A stretch of 31,701 nucleotides of DNA from Patescibacteria group bacterium (lineage in GTDB: Bacteria > Patescibacteriota > Microgenomatia > UBA8517). The stretch covers positions 1-31,701 of the forward strand of contig JBBTZE010000087.1 of the NCBI GenBank assembly GCA_038061545.1, in the 5' to 3' direction. This document shows, in pieces, positions 6,987 to 16,424 of the stretch; position 1 is the first letter of the stretch; every line of letters begins with the position of its first letter. A program made the translations under genes and the position numbers. Under the pieces are notes generated by a model. The model was not told the origin of the DNA, did no database searches, and saw only the letters and a program-made list of their open reading frames with translations.

Positions 6987-9900
6987 ATGAAGCCTACACA
7001 TAATCGTCGCAATTTTGGAAAAAAAGAAAAAAACTTACCTGAAATTGATTTGTCTCTCGTCCAGCGCGACTCGTGGAAATGGTTTCTCACAGAAGGCATT
7101 AAGGAAGAGCTCATCGCAATTTCTCCAATTGACGATTTTACAGGAAAAAACTGGCAGCTTTCCCTTGGGGAGCATTCACTTGGGCAGCCTTCAATTACCC
7201 CCAGACATGCGCAGTTTAAGGGCCTCACTTTCTCTTCTCCATTAAAAATTAGAGCTACACTAACAAACAAAAAAACAGGAAAACAAGTTGATCAGGAAGT
7301 ATTTTTGGGAGATATTCCTCAAATGACCTCAAGAGGAACATTTATTGTCAATGGAATTGAGCGCGCCGTTATTAATCAAATTGTAAGGTCCCCAGGAGCT
7401 TATTTTTCGGGGGAACTTGATGCCTCTTCGGGACGAATTCTCTATAAAGCAGAAGTCAGGCCCCTTCACGGAAGCTGGTTGGAGTTTGAAGTTACTCGCG
7501 GGGACCTAATATACGCCAGAATTGATAGAAGAAGGAAAGTTTTGGCCACAGTGCTTCTGCGGGCAATGGGAGTTGAGGCGGAAAGTGAATTTACTTCACT
7601 TTTTTCGGAGGTAGATAAAAGTGAAAATCATAAATATATAAGCACTACTCTTGCAAAGGATTCAACAAAATCCCGTGAAGACGCCTTGATTGAAGTTTAT
7701 AGAAAAATGCGCCCAGGCGAGCCTGCTGTATTGGACAATGCAGAAACCCTTTTTGCAAGTCTCTTTACGGACGGTAGAAGGTACGACCTCGGTAAAGTTG
7801 GAAGATTCAAAATCAATAAAAGGCTTGGTCTCACTATGCCGAATGAGAAAGCAACTTGGGTCCTGACCAAACAGGATGTAATAGCTGCTATTAAATACTT
7901 GATTGGTCTTCAAAATGGTGCAGGCAGACTGGATGACATTGATCATTTGGCAAATAGAAGGCTCCGAAGAGTTGGAGAGCTTGTTGCTGTTAATGCATTC
8001 AGAGTTGGACTTTTGAGGCTTGAGCGAAGTGTAAAGGAGAAAATGAGCTTGATTTCGGCGGATGATAATCCACTTCCGGCCAACTTAATTAATGCGAGGC
8101 CGCTTATTGCTTCACTTAATGAATTTTTTAGAAGCAACCAGCTTTCTACAATTTTGGATGACACAAACCCTCTTTCGGAGGTTGATAATCTTAGACGTGT
8201 TTCGGTTTTGGGACCGGGTGGAATTAACCGTGAACGCGCCTCCTTCTCAATCCGTGATGTTAATGCATCTCAATACGGCCGAATCGATCCTGTCAGATCT
8301 CCCGAAGGACCAAATATTGGACTTGTTACTTACCTTGCGCTTTATGCCAGAATAAACGAGTTTGGATTTATTGAGGCCCCTTATAGAAAAGTTGAAAAAG
8401 TCAAAAAAGATTCAAAAGTTATAGCTAAGGTATCCGATGAAATCGTTTATCTTACAGCCGATGATGAAGAGGAGTTTCACTTAACTCACTCAGGGGTTAA
8501 TGTTGATGCGGACGGATTTATCATCGACAAACGCGTACCGCTTAGGTATAAAGCAAAGTTTATAGAGGGACCTTCCGAGCTGGTTGATTTTATTGACGTA
8601 ACTCCAAGACAGGTTGTTGGGACATCGGCCTCTTTAATCCCATTCCTGGCAAATGATGAGGGAAACCGCGCTCTTATGGGATCAAACATGCAATGCCAGG
8701 CGGTTCCTCTGGTCAATCCTGAATCTCCTATTATAGGAACAGGTATGGAAGAGGTAATTGCAGCCGGAATGAAAAGAGTTCTAAGGGCCATTCATGTGGG
8801 TGTTGTTGAGGAAATAAAACCCGACAGAGTTATTGTACGGCTCGACAAAAAGGCAGATCCAGCGGAAATTACATCAGAAGATATTGAATTGACAGATAGC
8901 GGAAAGAAAGAAATTTACCACTTAACTAAATTCAAAAGAACCGCACATTCAACTTGCTACAACCAAAAAGTTGTTGTGACTTCTGGTCAAAAACTCAAAA
9001 CGGGTGACTTGATTGTTGATGGCCCAGCTTCCGATAATGGAGAACTAGCCTTGGGACGCAATTTAACAGTTGCCTACACTAGCTTTGGAGGTTACGGATT
9101 TGAAGATGCAATTTTAGTTTCTGATAGACTTGTTAAAGAAGACTTACTAACTTCAATTCACATTGAAGAATATGACGCAGAAGTTGTAGACACCAAATTG
9201 GGTCCCGAGGAGTTGACCCGCGATATTCCAAATGTAGCTGAGGCGGAGTTAGCCAATTTGGCATCTGACGGAATTGTGGTAATCGGGGCAGAGGTTGGTC
9301 CAAATGATATTTTGGTAGGTAAAATTGCTCCGAAGGGGGAAACTGAGTTGACTTCAGAAGAGCGTTTACTCCGCGCAATCTTTGGTGAAAAGGCCAGAGA
9401 AGTTAGGGATACCAGTCTCCGCGTTCCTCATGGAGAAAAAGGAATAGTGGTTGATGTTCAAATGCTTGACCGTGAGGGTGGGGACGAGCTTGGGCCGGGA
9501 GTAATCAAAAAAGTTATTGTCAAAGTAGCTCAGATTAGGAAAGTTACAGTGGGGGACAAGGTTGCAGGGCGTCATGGAAATAAAGGAGTTGTATCCCGAA
9601 TTCTCCCTGTTGCTGATATGCCCTACCTTGCAGATGGAACTAGCGTGGATATAATAATTTCTCCTTTGTCGGTTCTATCACGTATGAACCTTGGGCAGTT
9701 GATGGAGGCGCATTTGGGTTGGGCAATTCAAACAAGCGGGGAAAAAGCGGCCCTTCCTGTTTTTGATAAACTTGGCGAAGATACACTTTCTGAAGAGCTC
9801 AAAAAAGCCGGACTTCCGGTAACAGGTAAAGCAAGGCTTTACGATGGAAGAAGCGGAGAAGCATTTAAGGAAGATACTGTTGTTGGAGTTGCCTACATCA

Positions 9901-10370
9901 TGAAGCTTATACATATGGTGGAGGATAAAACCCACGCCCGCTCAACCGGCCCATACTCGCTTGTTACTCAACAGCCACTGGGCGGTAAAGCACAAATGGG
10001 AGGCCAAAGACTTGGAGAGATGGAAGTCTGGGCGCTTGAAGCACATAGAGCCTCCTACACCCTACAGGAAATGCTTACAATTAAGTCCGACGACGTTTTG
10101 GGACGCGCCAAAGCATTTGAGGCAATTGTCAAAGGAACAGATATTCCTGAGGCTACAATTCCTGAATCATTCAGAGTTTTGGTACGAGAATTAAATTCAC
10201 TGGGACTTTCAATTGAGCCAAAGGGTGTAAGCTACGCTAAAGCCGATGAAGGCTCAGTTCTCGAAGGAGAAGAGTTGGCCAAAGCGGCAGGTGCTGAGAT
10301 AATTGCAACAGATGAACTGATTGCAAAAGAAGGCACAATGGAAATTGTAGAAGTAGTACAACCCAACTAA
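6987..10370 (+). CDS. rpoB: RNA polymerase beta subunit
   Basis: FIVNGIERAVINQ, SPEGPNIGL, GSNMQCQA, GDKVAGRHGNKG, GGQRLGEMEVWALEA. Confidence 0.99.
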   Translation: MKPTHNRRNFGKKEKNLPEIDLSLVQRDSWKWFLTEGIKEELIAISPIDDFTGKNWQLSLGEHSLGQPSITPRHAQFKGLTFSSPLKIRATLTNKKTGKQVDQEVFLGDIPQMTSRGTFIVNGIERAVINQIVRSPGAYFSGELDASSGRILYKAEVRPLHGSWLEFEVTRGDLIYARIDRRRKVLATVLLRAMGVEAESEFTSLFSEVDKSENHKYISTTLAKDSTKSREDALIEVYRKMRPGEPAVLDNAETLFASLFTDGRRYDLGKVGRFKINKRLGLTMPNEKATWVLTKQDVIAAIKYLIGLQNGAGRLDDIDHLANRRLRRVGELVAVNAFRVGLLRLERSVKEKMSLISADDNPLPANLINARPLIASLNEFFRSNQLSTILDDTNPLSEVDNLRRVSVLGPGGINRERASFSIRDVNASQYGRIDPVRSPEGPNIGLVTYLALYARINEFGFIEAPYRKVEKVKKDSKVIAKVSDEIVYLTADDEEEFHLTHSGVNVDADGFIIDKRVPLRYKAKFIEGPSELVDFIDVTPRQVVGTSASLIPFLANDEGNRALMGSNMQCQAVPLVNPESPIIGTGMEEVIAAGMKRVLRAIHVGVVEEIKPDRVIVRLDKKADPAEITSEDIELTDSGKKEIYHLTKFKRTAHSTCYNQKVVVTSGQKLKTGDLIVDGPASDNGELALGRNLTVAYTSFGGYGFEDAILVSDRLVKEDLLTSIHIEEYDAEVVDTKLGPEELTRDIPNVAEAELANLASDGIVVIGAEVGPNDILVGKIAPKGETELTSEERLLRAIFGEKAREVRDTSLRVPHGEKGIVVDVQMLDREGGDELGPGVIKKVIVKVAQIRKVTVGDKVAGRHGNKGVVSRILPVADMPYLADGTSVDIIISPLSVLSRMNLGQLMEAHLGWAIQTSGEKAALPVFDKLGEDTLSEELKKAGLPVTGKARLYDGRSGEAFKEDTVVGVAYIMKLIHMVEDKTHARSTGPYSLVTQQPLGGKAQMGGQRLGEMEVWALEAHRASYTLQEMLTIKSDDVLGRAKAFEAIVKGTDIPEATIPESFRVLVRELNSLGLSIEPKGVSYAKADEGSVLEGEELAKAAGAEIIATDELIAKEGTMEIVEVVQPN

Positions 10371-10371
10371 T

Positions 10372-13300
10372 ATGGACACACAAACTGTTACAAACGACCT
10401 TAAAGACTTGGCGGATTTCAAAAGTTTGTCAGTAAAGTTGGCCTCACCCGATGAAATCAGGCGCTGGTCAAGGGGCGAAGTCACAAAACCGGAAACAATT
10501 AATTATAGAACCCTAAAGCCGGAAAAAGATGGACTTTTTGACGAGCGAATCTTTGGCCCCACCAAAGATTGGGAATGTTACTGCGGGAAGTACAAAAGAA
10601 TCAGATATAAGGGTGTAATTTGCGACAAATGCGGAGTCGAAGTTACCCAGGCAAGAGTCAGGCGTGAGCGAATGGGGCATATTACCCTCGCCACCCCAAC
10701 TGCACACGTTTGGTTTTTTAAAGGAGCACCTTCAAAAATCTCACTTATTTTGGGAGTTGCGCCAAGGGGACTCGAGCAAGTAATTTATTTTGCCAGATAT
10801 TTGGTAATTGATATTAATGAAGACTTGCGAGTCGATGCTGTCAAAAATATTCAAAAAGCTCAAGACGCCAGGCTTATTGATGTGGTGGAATCATTCAAGG
10901 TAAGACGCGATGCGTTGGGACTTGAGGCAAAAGATGCAGGAGCCAAAATTTCTGAAAAAATTAAAGATAAGGAGCAGGCAACGCTTGCAATTTCAGAAAT
11001 TGAGCTAGACCTCAGGAAAAAAGAAACAGCGATTAGCGAGGAAGAAAAATCCACAATCGAAAAAACTGAACAACTTTTTGGGAACCTAATGTCTGTTATA
11101 AAAGGACTTAAACCTTTAAGTATTCTTTCTGAGGAGGAATACGACGAACTTTCAGAGCACAATGCGGCCTCTTTCTTTACAGTAAAAATGGGTGCGGATG
11201 CAGCCCTTTCCGCACTGGAAAAGATTAATTTGGAAGAAATTTCAAAAGAAATCAAGAAAGAAATAGTCACAATAAAGGGCGGGAGCTCAAGATATATTAA
11301 AATCGTTAAAAGACTCAAACTTGTTGATGGCCTCCGTCGCGCAAAGGTTAATCCTGCCTGGATGGTTATTAAAGTTCTCCCGGTACTTCCTCCCGACCTT
11401 CGTCCCATGGTTCAACTTTCAGGAGGTAGGTTCGCAACAAGCGACTTAAACGATCTTTATAGGCGTGTAATTAACCGAAATAATCGCCTTAAGCATTTAA
11501 TCGGTCTTGGGGCTCCTGAAATAATTCTTAGAAATGAAAAAAGAATGTTGCAGGAAGCGGTTGACTCTTTGATTGACCAATCCCAAAGGAAAGCAACAAG
11601 AAAGTCACGTGGCCGTCAACCATTAAGATCGTTATCCGACATGCTTCGCGGAAAACAGGGTAGATTTAGACAAAACCTTCTTGGAAAACGTGTCGACTAT
11701 TCTGGTAGGAGCGTCATTATAGTTGGACCTGAGCTAAAACTTACTCAGTGCGGACTTCCAAAAGATATGGCACTTGAGATGTTTAAGCCGTTCGTTCTTC
11801 GGGAAATGATTGCCAGGGGAATCGCACCAAACGTTAAAAGCGCCAAAAACATGCTTGATAAACGTCCGCCTGAAGTTTTTGACATTTTAGAGGAAATTAC
11901 AAAAGATCATCCAATTCTTTTGAACCGCGCCCCAACCCTACATAAACTTTCTATTCAAGCTTTTTATCCAATACTCATTGAAGGAAGCGCAATTCGTCTT
12001 CACCCTGCGGTTTGTGCGGGCTTTGGTGCTGACTTTGATGGAGATCAAATGGCTGTTCATATCCCTCTTTCCACTCAATCAATTGAAGAGGCAAAAACCC
12101 TCATGCTTCCTACAAATAATTTACTAAGATCCTCAGACGGGGCTCCTGTTGCAACACCATCATCAAAAGAAATGGCGCTTGGGGTTTACTACCTCACAAG
12201 TGAGGATACAAGACTTCCCGTTTTTAACACTGTTTTTGGAGACCGCGAAGAAGCAGTTACTGCTTATCAATCGGGACTTGTTGAACCAAGACAAAAAGTT
12301 TTGGTTAGAACCGGCGGAAAAATAATTGAGACAACTGTCGGAAGAATTCTCTTTAACGAAGTCTTACCTGAAAATTTTGAATTTGTAAATGAAGGCGCAA
12401 CATCGTCAATTATCAAAAGCCTTTTTGTTAAAGCTTACGCGGTGGTATCAAAAGATAGGGTTGTTCAAATGGTTGACGATATTAAGGATCTTGGATTCTT
12501 TGGAGGAACCATGTCTGGCCTTTCATTCGGAATTTTTGACGCAAAACTTTATCCGGGGAAGTCGGCTGTTTTGGCGGAGGCAGACAAAAGAGCCTCGGAT
12601 ATTGACGATAACTTTGGCCAGGGCTTAATTACCGCTGAGGAAAAAAGAAGGCTTACACAAGAAGTTTGGATTGAAGTTTCAGAAGATTTGGCCGACAAAA
12701 CCTGGGCCGAGCTTGAGCCAACTAATCCAATAAGACTTGTAATTGATGCAAAAGTAGGGCGCGCCTCAAGAGATCAAGTTAAACAGCTTTCCGCTATCCG
12801 CGGACTTGTTGTTGATCCATTGGGAAAAATAGTTGAACTTCCGATTAAAAGTAATTTCAGAGAAGGGCTTTCCATTTTTGAATATGTCACTTCCAGCCGC
12901 GGTTCCAGAAAAGGACTAACAGATACTGCAATTAAAACTGCCGATGCCGGATATTTGACAAGAAGGCTGGTTGACGTTGCCCACGATGTTTTGATCAGAA
13001 TTGAAGACTGCGGATCAAAAGAGGGCCTGTTAATTTCAAAATCGGTAAGGCCAAACATATTTAATTCAAGAATACTGGGGAGAATTGCCGCATCGGATGT
13101 TTCCGGTAAAAAGAAGAGTGTAATTGTTGCAAGCGGTGACATTATTGATGAGGAAATAATTAAAAAGATTGAAGAATCGGGAATTTCCGAAGTTACTGTC
13201 CGTTCCCCACTTACTTGTCAGGCAAGATATGGAATGTGTGCAAAGTGCTACGGGCTCGATTTGGGAACCAAGATGGTTGTTGATCTTGGAACTCCTGTTG

Positions 13301-14121
13301 GCGTAATTGCCGCCCAGTCAATCGGTGAGCCGGGAACTCAGCTTACTCTTCGTACCAAGCACGCAGCCGGAGTTGCAGGTGTAGTTGACGTTACTCAAGG
13401 ACTTCCAAGAGTGGAGGAACTATTTGAAAGCAGAACCCCTAAAGTACTATCTGCACTTTCAGAAATTCCAGGAAAAGTCACAGTTTCAGAGGGTGAGGAA
13501 GGTTGGAAAGTGACAGTTACAGCCAAGGGTACGCCAAAGGAGGAAAGGGAATATATTATTCCAAAAACACTGCAGCTTGCAGTTACCGATGGCCAGTTGA
13601 TCGATTCAGGAGTCGCTCTTGCACATGGGCCACTGGACCTCAAAGAAATTCTTTCAATAAAAGGCCTAAAAGCAGCGCAGGAATATTTGGTTTCAGAAGT
13701 TCAAAAAGTCTATGAATCTCAGGGAATTCCAATAAATGATAAGCACATTGAAGTAATTGTCAGAAAGATGAGTGATGAGGTAAGAGTTGTGACTCCGGGC
13801 GACACTCCTTTCCTTCCTGGAGACGTTGCAAGTAGGGCATCATTTGAAGAGGAAAACGAGAAAGTATTGGCAGCAGGAGGCGAGCCGGTTTCCGCCCAGC
13901 AAGTAATTCTTGGAATTACAAGACGCTCACTTTATACTGAAAGCTGGCTTTCAGCTGCATCATTTGAGCAGACAACAGATATTTTGACCGAGGCTTCCCT
14001 TTTGGGACGTGAAGACAGATTATTGGGACTAAAAGAGAATGTCATTATTGGAAGATTAATCCCGGTATCTGCAGAAAGAGCTGCAATGCCCCAAAGTGTA
14101 GCTCCAAACAAAGTCAACTAA
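10372..14121 (+). CDS. rpoC: RNA polymerase beta' subunit
   Basis: KPETINYRT, two Zn sites, [10 protein letters not shown], catalytic [17 protein letters not shown]. Confidence 0.99.
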   Translation: MDTQTVTNDLKDLADFKSLSVKLASPDEIRRWSRGEVTKPETINYRTLKPEKDGLFDERIFGPTKDWECYCGKYKRIRYKGVICDKCGVEVTQARVRRERMGHITLATPTAHVWFFKGAPSKISLILGVAPRGLEQVIYFARYLVIDINEDLRVDAVKNIQKAQDARLIDVVESFKVRRDALGLEAKDAGAKISEKIKDKEQATLAISEIELDLRKKETAISEEEKSTIEKTEQLFGNLMSVIKGLKPLSILSEEEYDELSEHNAASFFTVKMGADAALSALEKINLEEISKEIKKEIVTIKGGSSRYIKIVKRLKLVDGLRRAKVNPAWMVIKVLPVLPPDLRPMVQLSGGRFATSDLNDLYRRVINRNNRLKHLIGLGAPEIILRNEKRMLQEAVDSLIDQSQRKATRKSRGRQPLRSLSDMLRGKQGRFRQNLLGKRVDYSGRSVIIVGPELKLTQCGLPKDMALEMFKPFVLREMIARGIAPNVKSAKNMLDKRPPEVFDILEEITKDHPILLNRAPTLHKLSIQAFYPILIEGSAIRLHPAVCAGFGADFDGDQMAVHIPLSTQSIEEAKTLMLPTNNLLRSSDGAPVATPSSKEMALGVYYLTSEDTRLPVFNTVFGDREEAVTAYQSGLVEPRQKVLVRTGGKIIETTVGRILFNEVLPENFEFVNEGATSSIIKSLFVKAYAVVSKDRVVQMVDDIKDLGFFGGTMSGLSFGIFDAKLYPGKSAVLAEADKRASDIDDNFGQGLITAEEKRRLTQEVWIEVSEDLADKTWAELEPTNPIRLVIDAKVGRASRDQVKQLSAIRGLVVDPLGKIVELPIKSNFREGLSIFEYVTSSRGSRKGLTDTAIKTADAGYLTRRLVDVAHDVLIRIEDCGSKEGLLISKSVRPNIFNSRILGRIAASDVSGKKKSVIVASGDIIDEEIIKKIEESGISEVTVRSPLTCQARYGMCAKCYGLDLGTKMVVDLGTPVGVIAAQSIGEPGTQLTLRTKHAAGVAGVVDVTQGLPRVEELFESRTPKVLSALSEIPGKVTVSEGEEGWKVTVTAKGTPKEEREYIIPKTLQLAVTDGQLIDSGVALAHGPLDLKEILSIKGLKAAQEYLVSEVQKVYESQGIPINDKHIEVIVRKMSDEVRVVTPGDTPFLPGDVASRASFEEENEKVLAAGGEPVSAQQVILGITRRSLYTESWLSAASFEQTTDILTEASLLGREDRLLGLKENVIIGRLIPVSAERAAMPQSVAPNKVN

Positions 14122-14122
14122 T

Positions 14123-14548
14123 ATGCCAACAATTAATCAATTAACCAAAAAAGGCAGAGGCAGAATCAGAAAAAAGGCAAAAACAGCCTCACTTAAGCGT
14201 TGGTTTAATGCAAAAGACAGAATTTTTGGTGAAAATGCTTCTCCTTTCAAAAGAGGGGTAGTCCTGGCCGTTCGTACAATGACTCCAAGAAAGCCAAACT
14301 CGGCTCTTCGTAAGGTTGCAAGAGTCAGACTTTCCAATAAACAAGAAATTACAGCCTACATTCCGGGAGAGGGACACGAGCTTGCCGAACACTCTATCGT
14401 AATGGTCAGAGGGGGTCGCGTTAAAGACTTGCCAGGTGTAAGATACAAAGTTGTCAGAGGAAAGTTTGACACTACCGCAGTCGTGGGAAGACAAAACGGA
14501 AGAAGTAAATATGGAGCCAAAAAAGGGCAAGCTGTGACAGCAAAATAA
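14123..14548 (+). CDS. rpsL: 30S ribosomal protein S12
   Basis: [25 protein letters not shown]. Confidence 0.98.
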   Translation: MPTINQLTKKGRGRIRKKAKTASLKRWFNAKDRIFGENASPFKRGVVLAVRTMTPRKPNSALRKVARVRLSNKQEITAYIPGEGHELAEHSIVMVRGGRVKDLPGVRYKVVRGKFDTTAVVGRQNGRSKYGAKKGQAVTAK

Positions 14549-14552
14549 TGTC

Positions 14553-14602
14553 AAATGATAAAAAGACAAATGCTAAATTTATCATTTAGTTTTTTAGCAT
14601 TT
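14553..14602. repeat. AT-rich imperfect palindrome built from 10-bp units
   Basis: AAATGATAAA and AAATGCTAAA followed by their exact complements TTTATCATTT and TTTAGCATTT, each pair at 15-bp spacing. Confidence 0.6.
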
Positions 14603-14616
14603 AGAATTTAATAGAT

Positions 14617-15096
14617 ATGGCAAGAAAAGGAACAACAAAACAAAGAAAAACTGAACAAGATCCTATTTATGGGAGCGTGTTTATTACAAAGCTTATCAAT
14701 AGGAGTATGTATGATGGCAAAAAATCAGTTGCCCAAAAAGAAGTTTACGGGGCACTCGACCTCATTAAAGAAAAAACCAAAGAGGACCCAATAAAAGTTT
14801 TTGACAGAGCGCTTGAGAATATTAAGCCAACAATGGAAGTCAGGGCCAAGCGTGTTGGAGGAGCTGCCTACCAGGTCCCGCAAGCGGTAAGGGGCGCCAG
14901 AAAAGATTCACTCGCCATTCGTTGGTTAGTTGAAATTTCCAACAAAAGATCAAATTCAGAATTTCATACTTATGCAGAAAAGCTGGCGGCTGAGATTATT
15001 GATGCCGCGAGTGGCGAAGGCGGAGCGGTCAAGAAAAGACAGGAAATCGAGCGTGTAGCTGAAGCTAATAAGGCATTTTCGCATTTTAGATGGTAA
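14617..15096 (+). CDS. rpsG: 30S ribosomal protein S7
   Basis: DGKKSVA, RVGGAAYQVP, AEANKAFSHFRW. Confidence 0.98.
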   Translation: MARKGTTKQRKTEQDPIYGSVFITKLINRSMYDGKKSVAQKEVYGALDLIKEKTKEDPIKVFDRALENIKPTMEVRAKRVGGAAYQVPQAVRGARKDSLAIRWLVEISNKRSNSEFHTYAEKLAAEIIDAASGEGGAVKKRQEIERVAEANKAFSHFRW

Positions 15097-15105
15097 AAAA
15101 TCAAT

Positions 15106-15360
15106 ATGGCAGAAAGATACACTATTCCAATAAATAGAAAACAGGGTGCCGTTTTGTCTACACTTGGTTGTACTGTGGAAGAAAAAGCAAACAACTATTC
15201 TTATATTGGGGTAGAATTTGCAAAAGACGAAGAGAAGAAGACTGTTGAGGAATTAATAGGTAAAGGTTTATTGGTTAGAGAAGCGGATAAACTAATTCAA
15301 ACTGATTTAGGGAAAGACGTTGCATTTAAGTTCGGGGCTACGATTTTGTACGAGGATTAA
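15106..15360 (+). CDS. Small hypothetical protein, possibly winged-helix
   Basis: 84 aa directly after rpsG. ELIGKGLL...TDLGK resembles a winged-helix wing pattern. Confidence 0.55.
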   Translation: MAERYTIPINRKQGAVLSTLGCTVEEKANNYSYIGVEFAKDEEKKTVEELIGKGLLVREADKLIQTDLGKDVAFKFGATILYED

Positions 15361-15385
15361 ATAATTGAGAATCTAACAAAGAAAC

Positions 15386-15411
15386 AGTACTGTGATTCGA
15401 ATCATAGTACT
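15386..15411. promoter_or_regulatory. Palindromic site downstream of TrpR-like gene 1
   Basis: AGTACTGTGATTCGAATCATAGTACT, 23/26 identical to 15885-15910. Confidence 0.75.
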
Positions 15412-15424
15412 ACATCAGTTTAAA

Positions 15425-15868
15425 TTATAATGGCTCTTCTCGCTTCCACTTTTTTTCGCGTTTAGATTTTTTCCATTCTCCAATATTCGCTCCCTTTGGT
15501 GGAAGTGGAGTTAAAATATCGAGTAGCTCTGACAAGGCTGATTTAGCAACTTTTCTTTTAAGAATGTCTCCCAAGATTTTTTTGTATCCCTTTCCTTGCA
15601 ACGCAAAAACAGCGTGAATTTTTGCAATGGTTCCTTTGCTTACCTTTAAAGTTTTTGAAATCTGAACGTACGTGTATTTATTTTCAAGTAAAAGAAACGC
15701 AACAGCCACTCTTTTAGCCATCATTATTTTTTCAACTGGGGAAAGTAAATCATTCAAGAAATCAACTACTTCGCTTGAACTTTTTGTATTTTTAACAGAT
15801 TCGATAAAAACTCTATAAACCTTTTCTTCGATTACAGGGGACATAAAATGCTTCGAAACCTGTGTCAT
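15425..15868 (-). CDS. TrpR-like (YerC/YecD family) HTH protein, paralog 1
   Basis: FLNDLLSPVEKIMMAKRVAVAFLL...TYVQISKTLKVSKGTIAKI matches the TrpR/YerC pattern. Confidence 0.85.
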   Translation of the reverse strand: MTQVSKHFMSPVIEEKVYRVFIESVKNTKSSSEVVDFLNDLLSPVEKIMMAKRVAVAFLLLENKYTYVQISKTLKVSKGTIAKIHAVFALQGKGYKKILGDILKRKVAKSALSELLDILTPLPPKGANIGEWKKSKREKKWKREEPL

Positions 15869-15883
15869 GTCTTTATATATTTA

Positions 15884-15911
15884 TAGTACCATGATTCGAA
15901 TCATGGTACTA
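15884..15911. promoter_or_regulatory. Perfect 28-bp palindrome overlapping the promoter of TrpR-like gene 1
   Basis: TAGTACCATGATTCGAATCATGGTACTA. The minus strand contains TG-N-TACTAT as an extended -10. Confidence 0.8.
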
Positions 15912-15963
15912 ATTGAGGCTGGAAACAGCAATATCGTAAACACTTTAGATTATTATCGAATAA

Positions 15964-15992
15964 TTGATTTATGAGCAAGGAAAGAGTAATCT
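15964..15992 (+). promoter_or_regulatory. Sigma70 promoter of ORF 16002
   Basis: TTGATT, 17 bp, TAATCT, 9 nt before ATG. Confidence 0.5.
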
Positions 15993-16001
15993 TCACCCAT
16001 T

Positions 16002-16301
16002 ATGGCAAAAATTAGTGCGGAAGGAATCGTTTGTCCAGCGCTTCAGGCAGCTTACGAAAGAGCTATGAAAAAAGCGTTTGATAAAGGACGAATGCCAAAA
16101 AGTAATGTTAGATGGCCTTCCGAATATGGAAACTATGTTTCAGTCAAAGGAGCTTTGGAAGGATCTGATGCTTGTCTAGAATACGGTAAGAAGATTGAAG
16201 TTGATTTACATTTAAATCAGATTAAGGGTGCTCACGATGAGGAAAGGAATCCAATAAAAGTTTCCGGAACAGAATGTAAGAAAAAGGAAGGCAAGAAATA
16301 G
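16002..16301 (+). CDS. Hypothetical protein
   Basis: 99-aa ORF with candidate promoter. No recognised family. Confidence 0.6.
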   Translation: MAKISAEGIVCPALQAAYERAMKKAFDKGRMPKSNVRWPSEYGNYVSVKGALEGSDACLEYGKKIEVDLHLNQIKGAHDEERNPIKVSGTECKKKEGKK

Positions 16302-16307
16302 TAATCA

Positions 16308-16336
16308 TTGAATTAAGCCTCACTCCCTGCTAAAAT
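16308..16336 (+). promoter_or_regulatory. Sigma70 promoter of fusA
   Basis: TTGAAT, 17 bp, TAAAAT with TG-N extension. Confidence 0.7.
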
Positions 16337-16343
16337 CACTCTT

Positions 16344-16424
16344 GTCCTTCGACTTCGCTCAGGATTGTAACTTCTTAATTGTTTAAGATTACTATAGTGG
16401 TGAGCGAACGAAGTGAGTCGAACC
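16344..16424. repeat. Two family A REP-like units in opposite orientation in the fusA 5' UTR
   Basis: GTCCTTCGACTTCGCTCAGGAT (16344-16365) and TGAGCGAACGAAGTGAGTCGAA (16401-16422; reverse complement TTCGACTCACTTCGTTCGCTCA). Confidence 0.6.

Noticed and set aside
15915-15965. Possible displaced rpsG tail (KHFRL versus SHFRW)
   Set aside because: Only three residues match, with no stop in register; compatible with chance.
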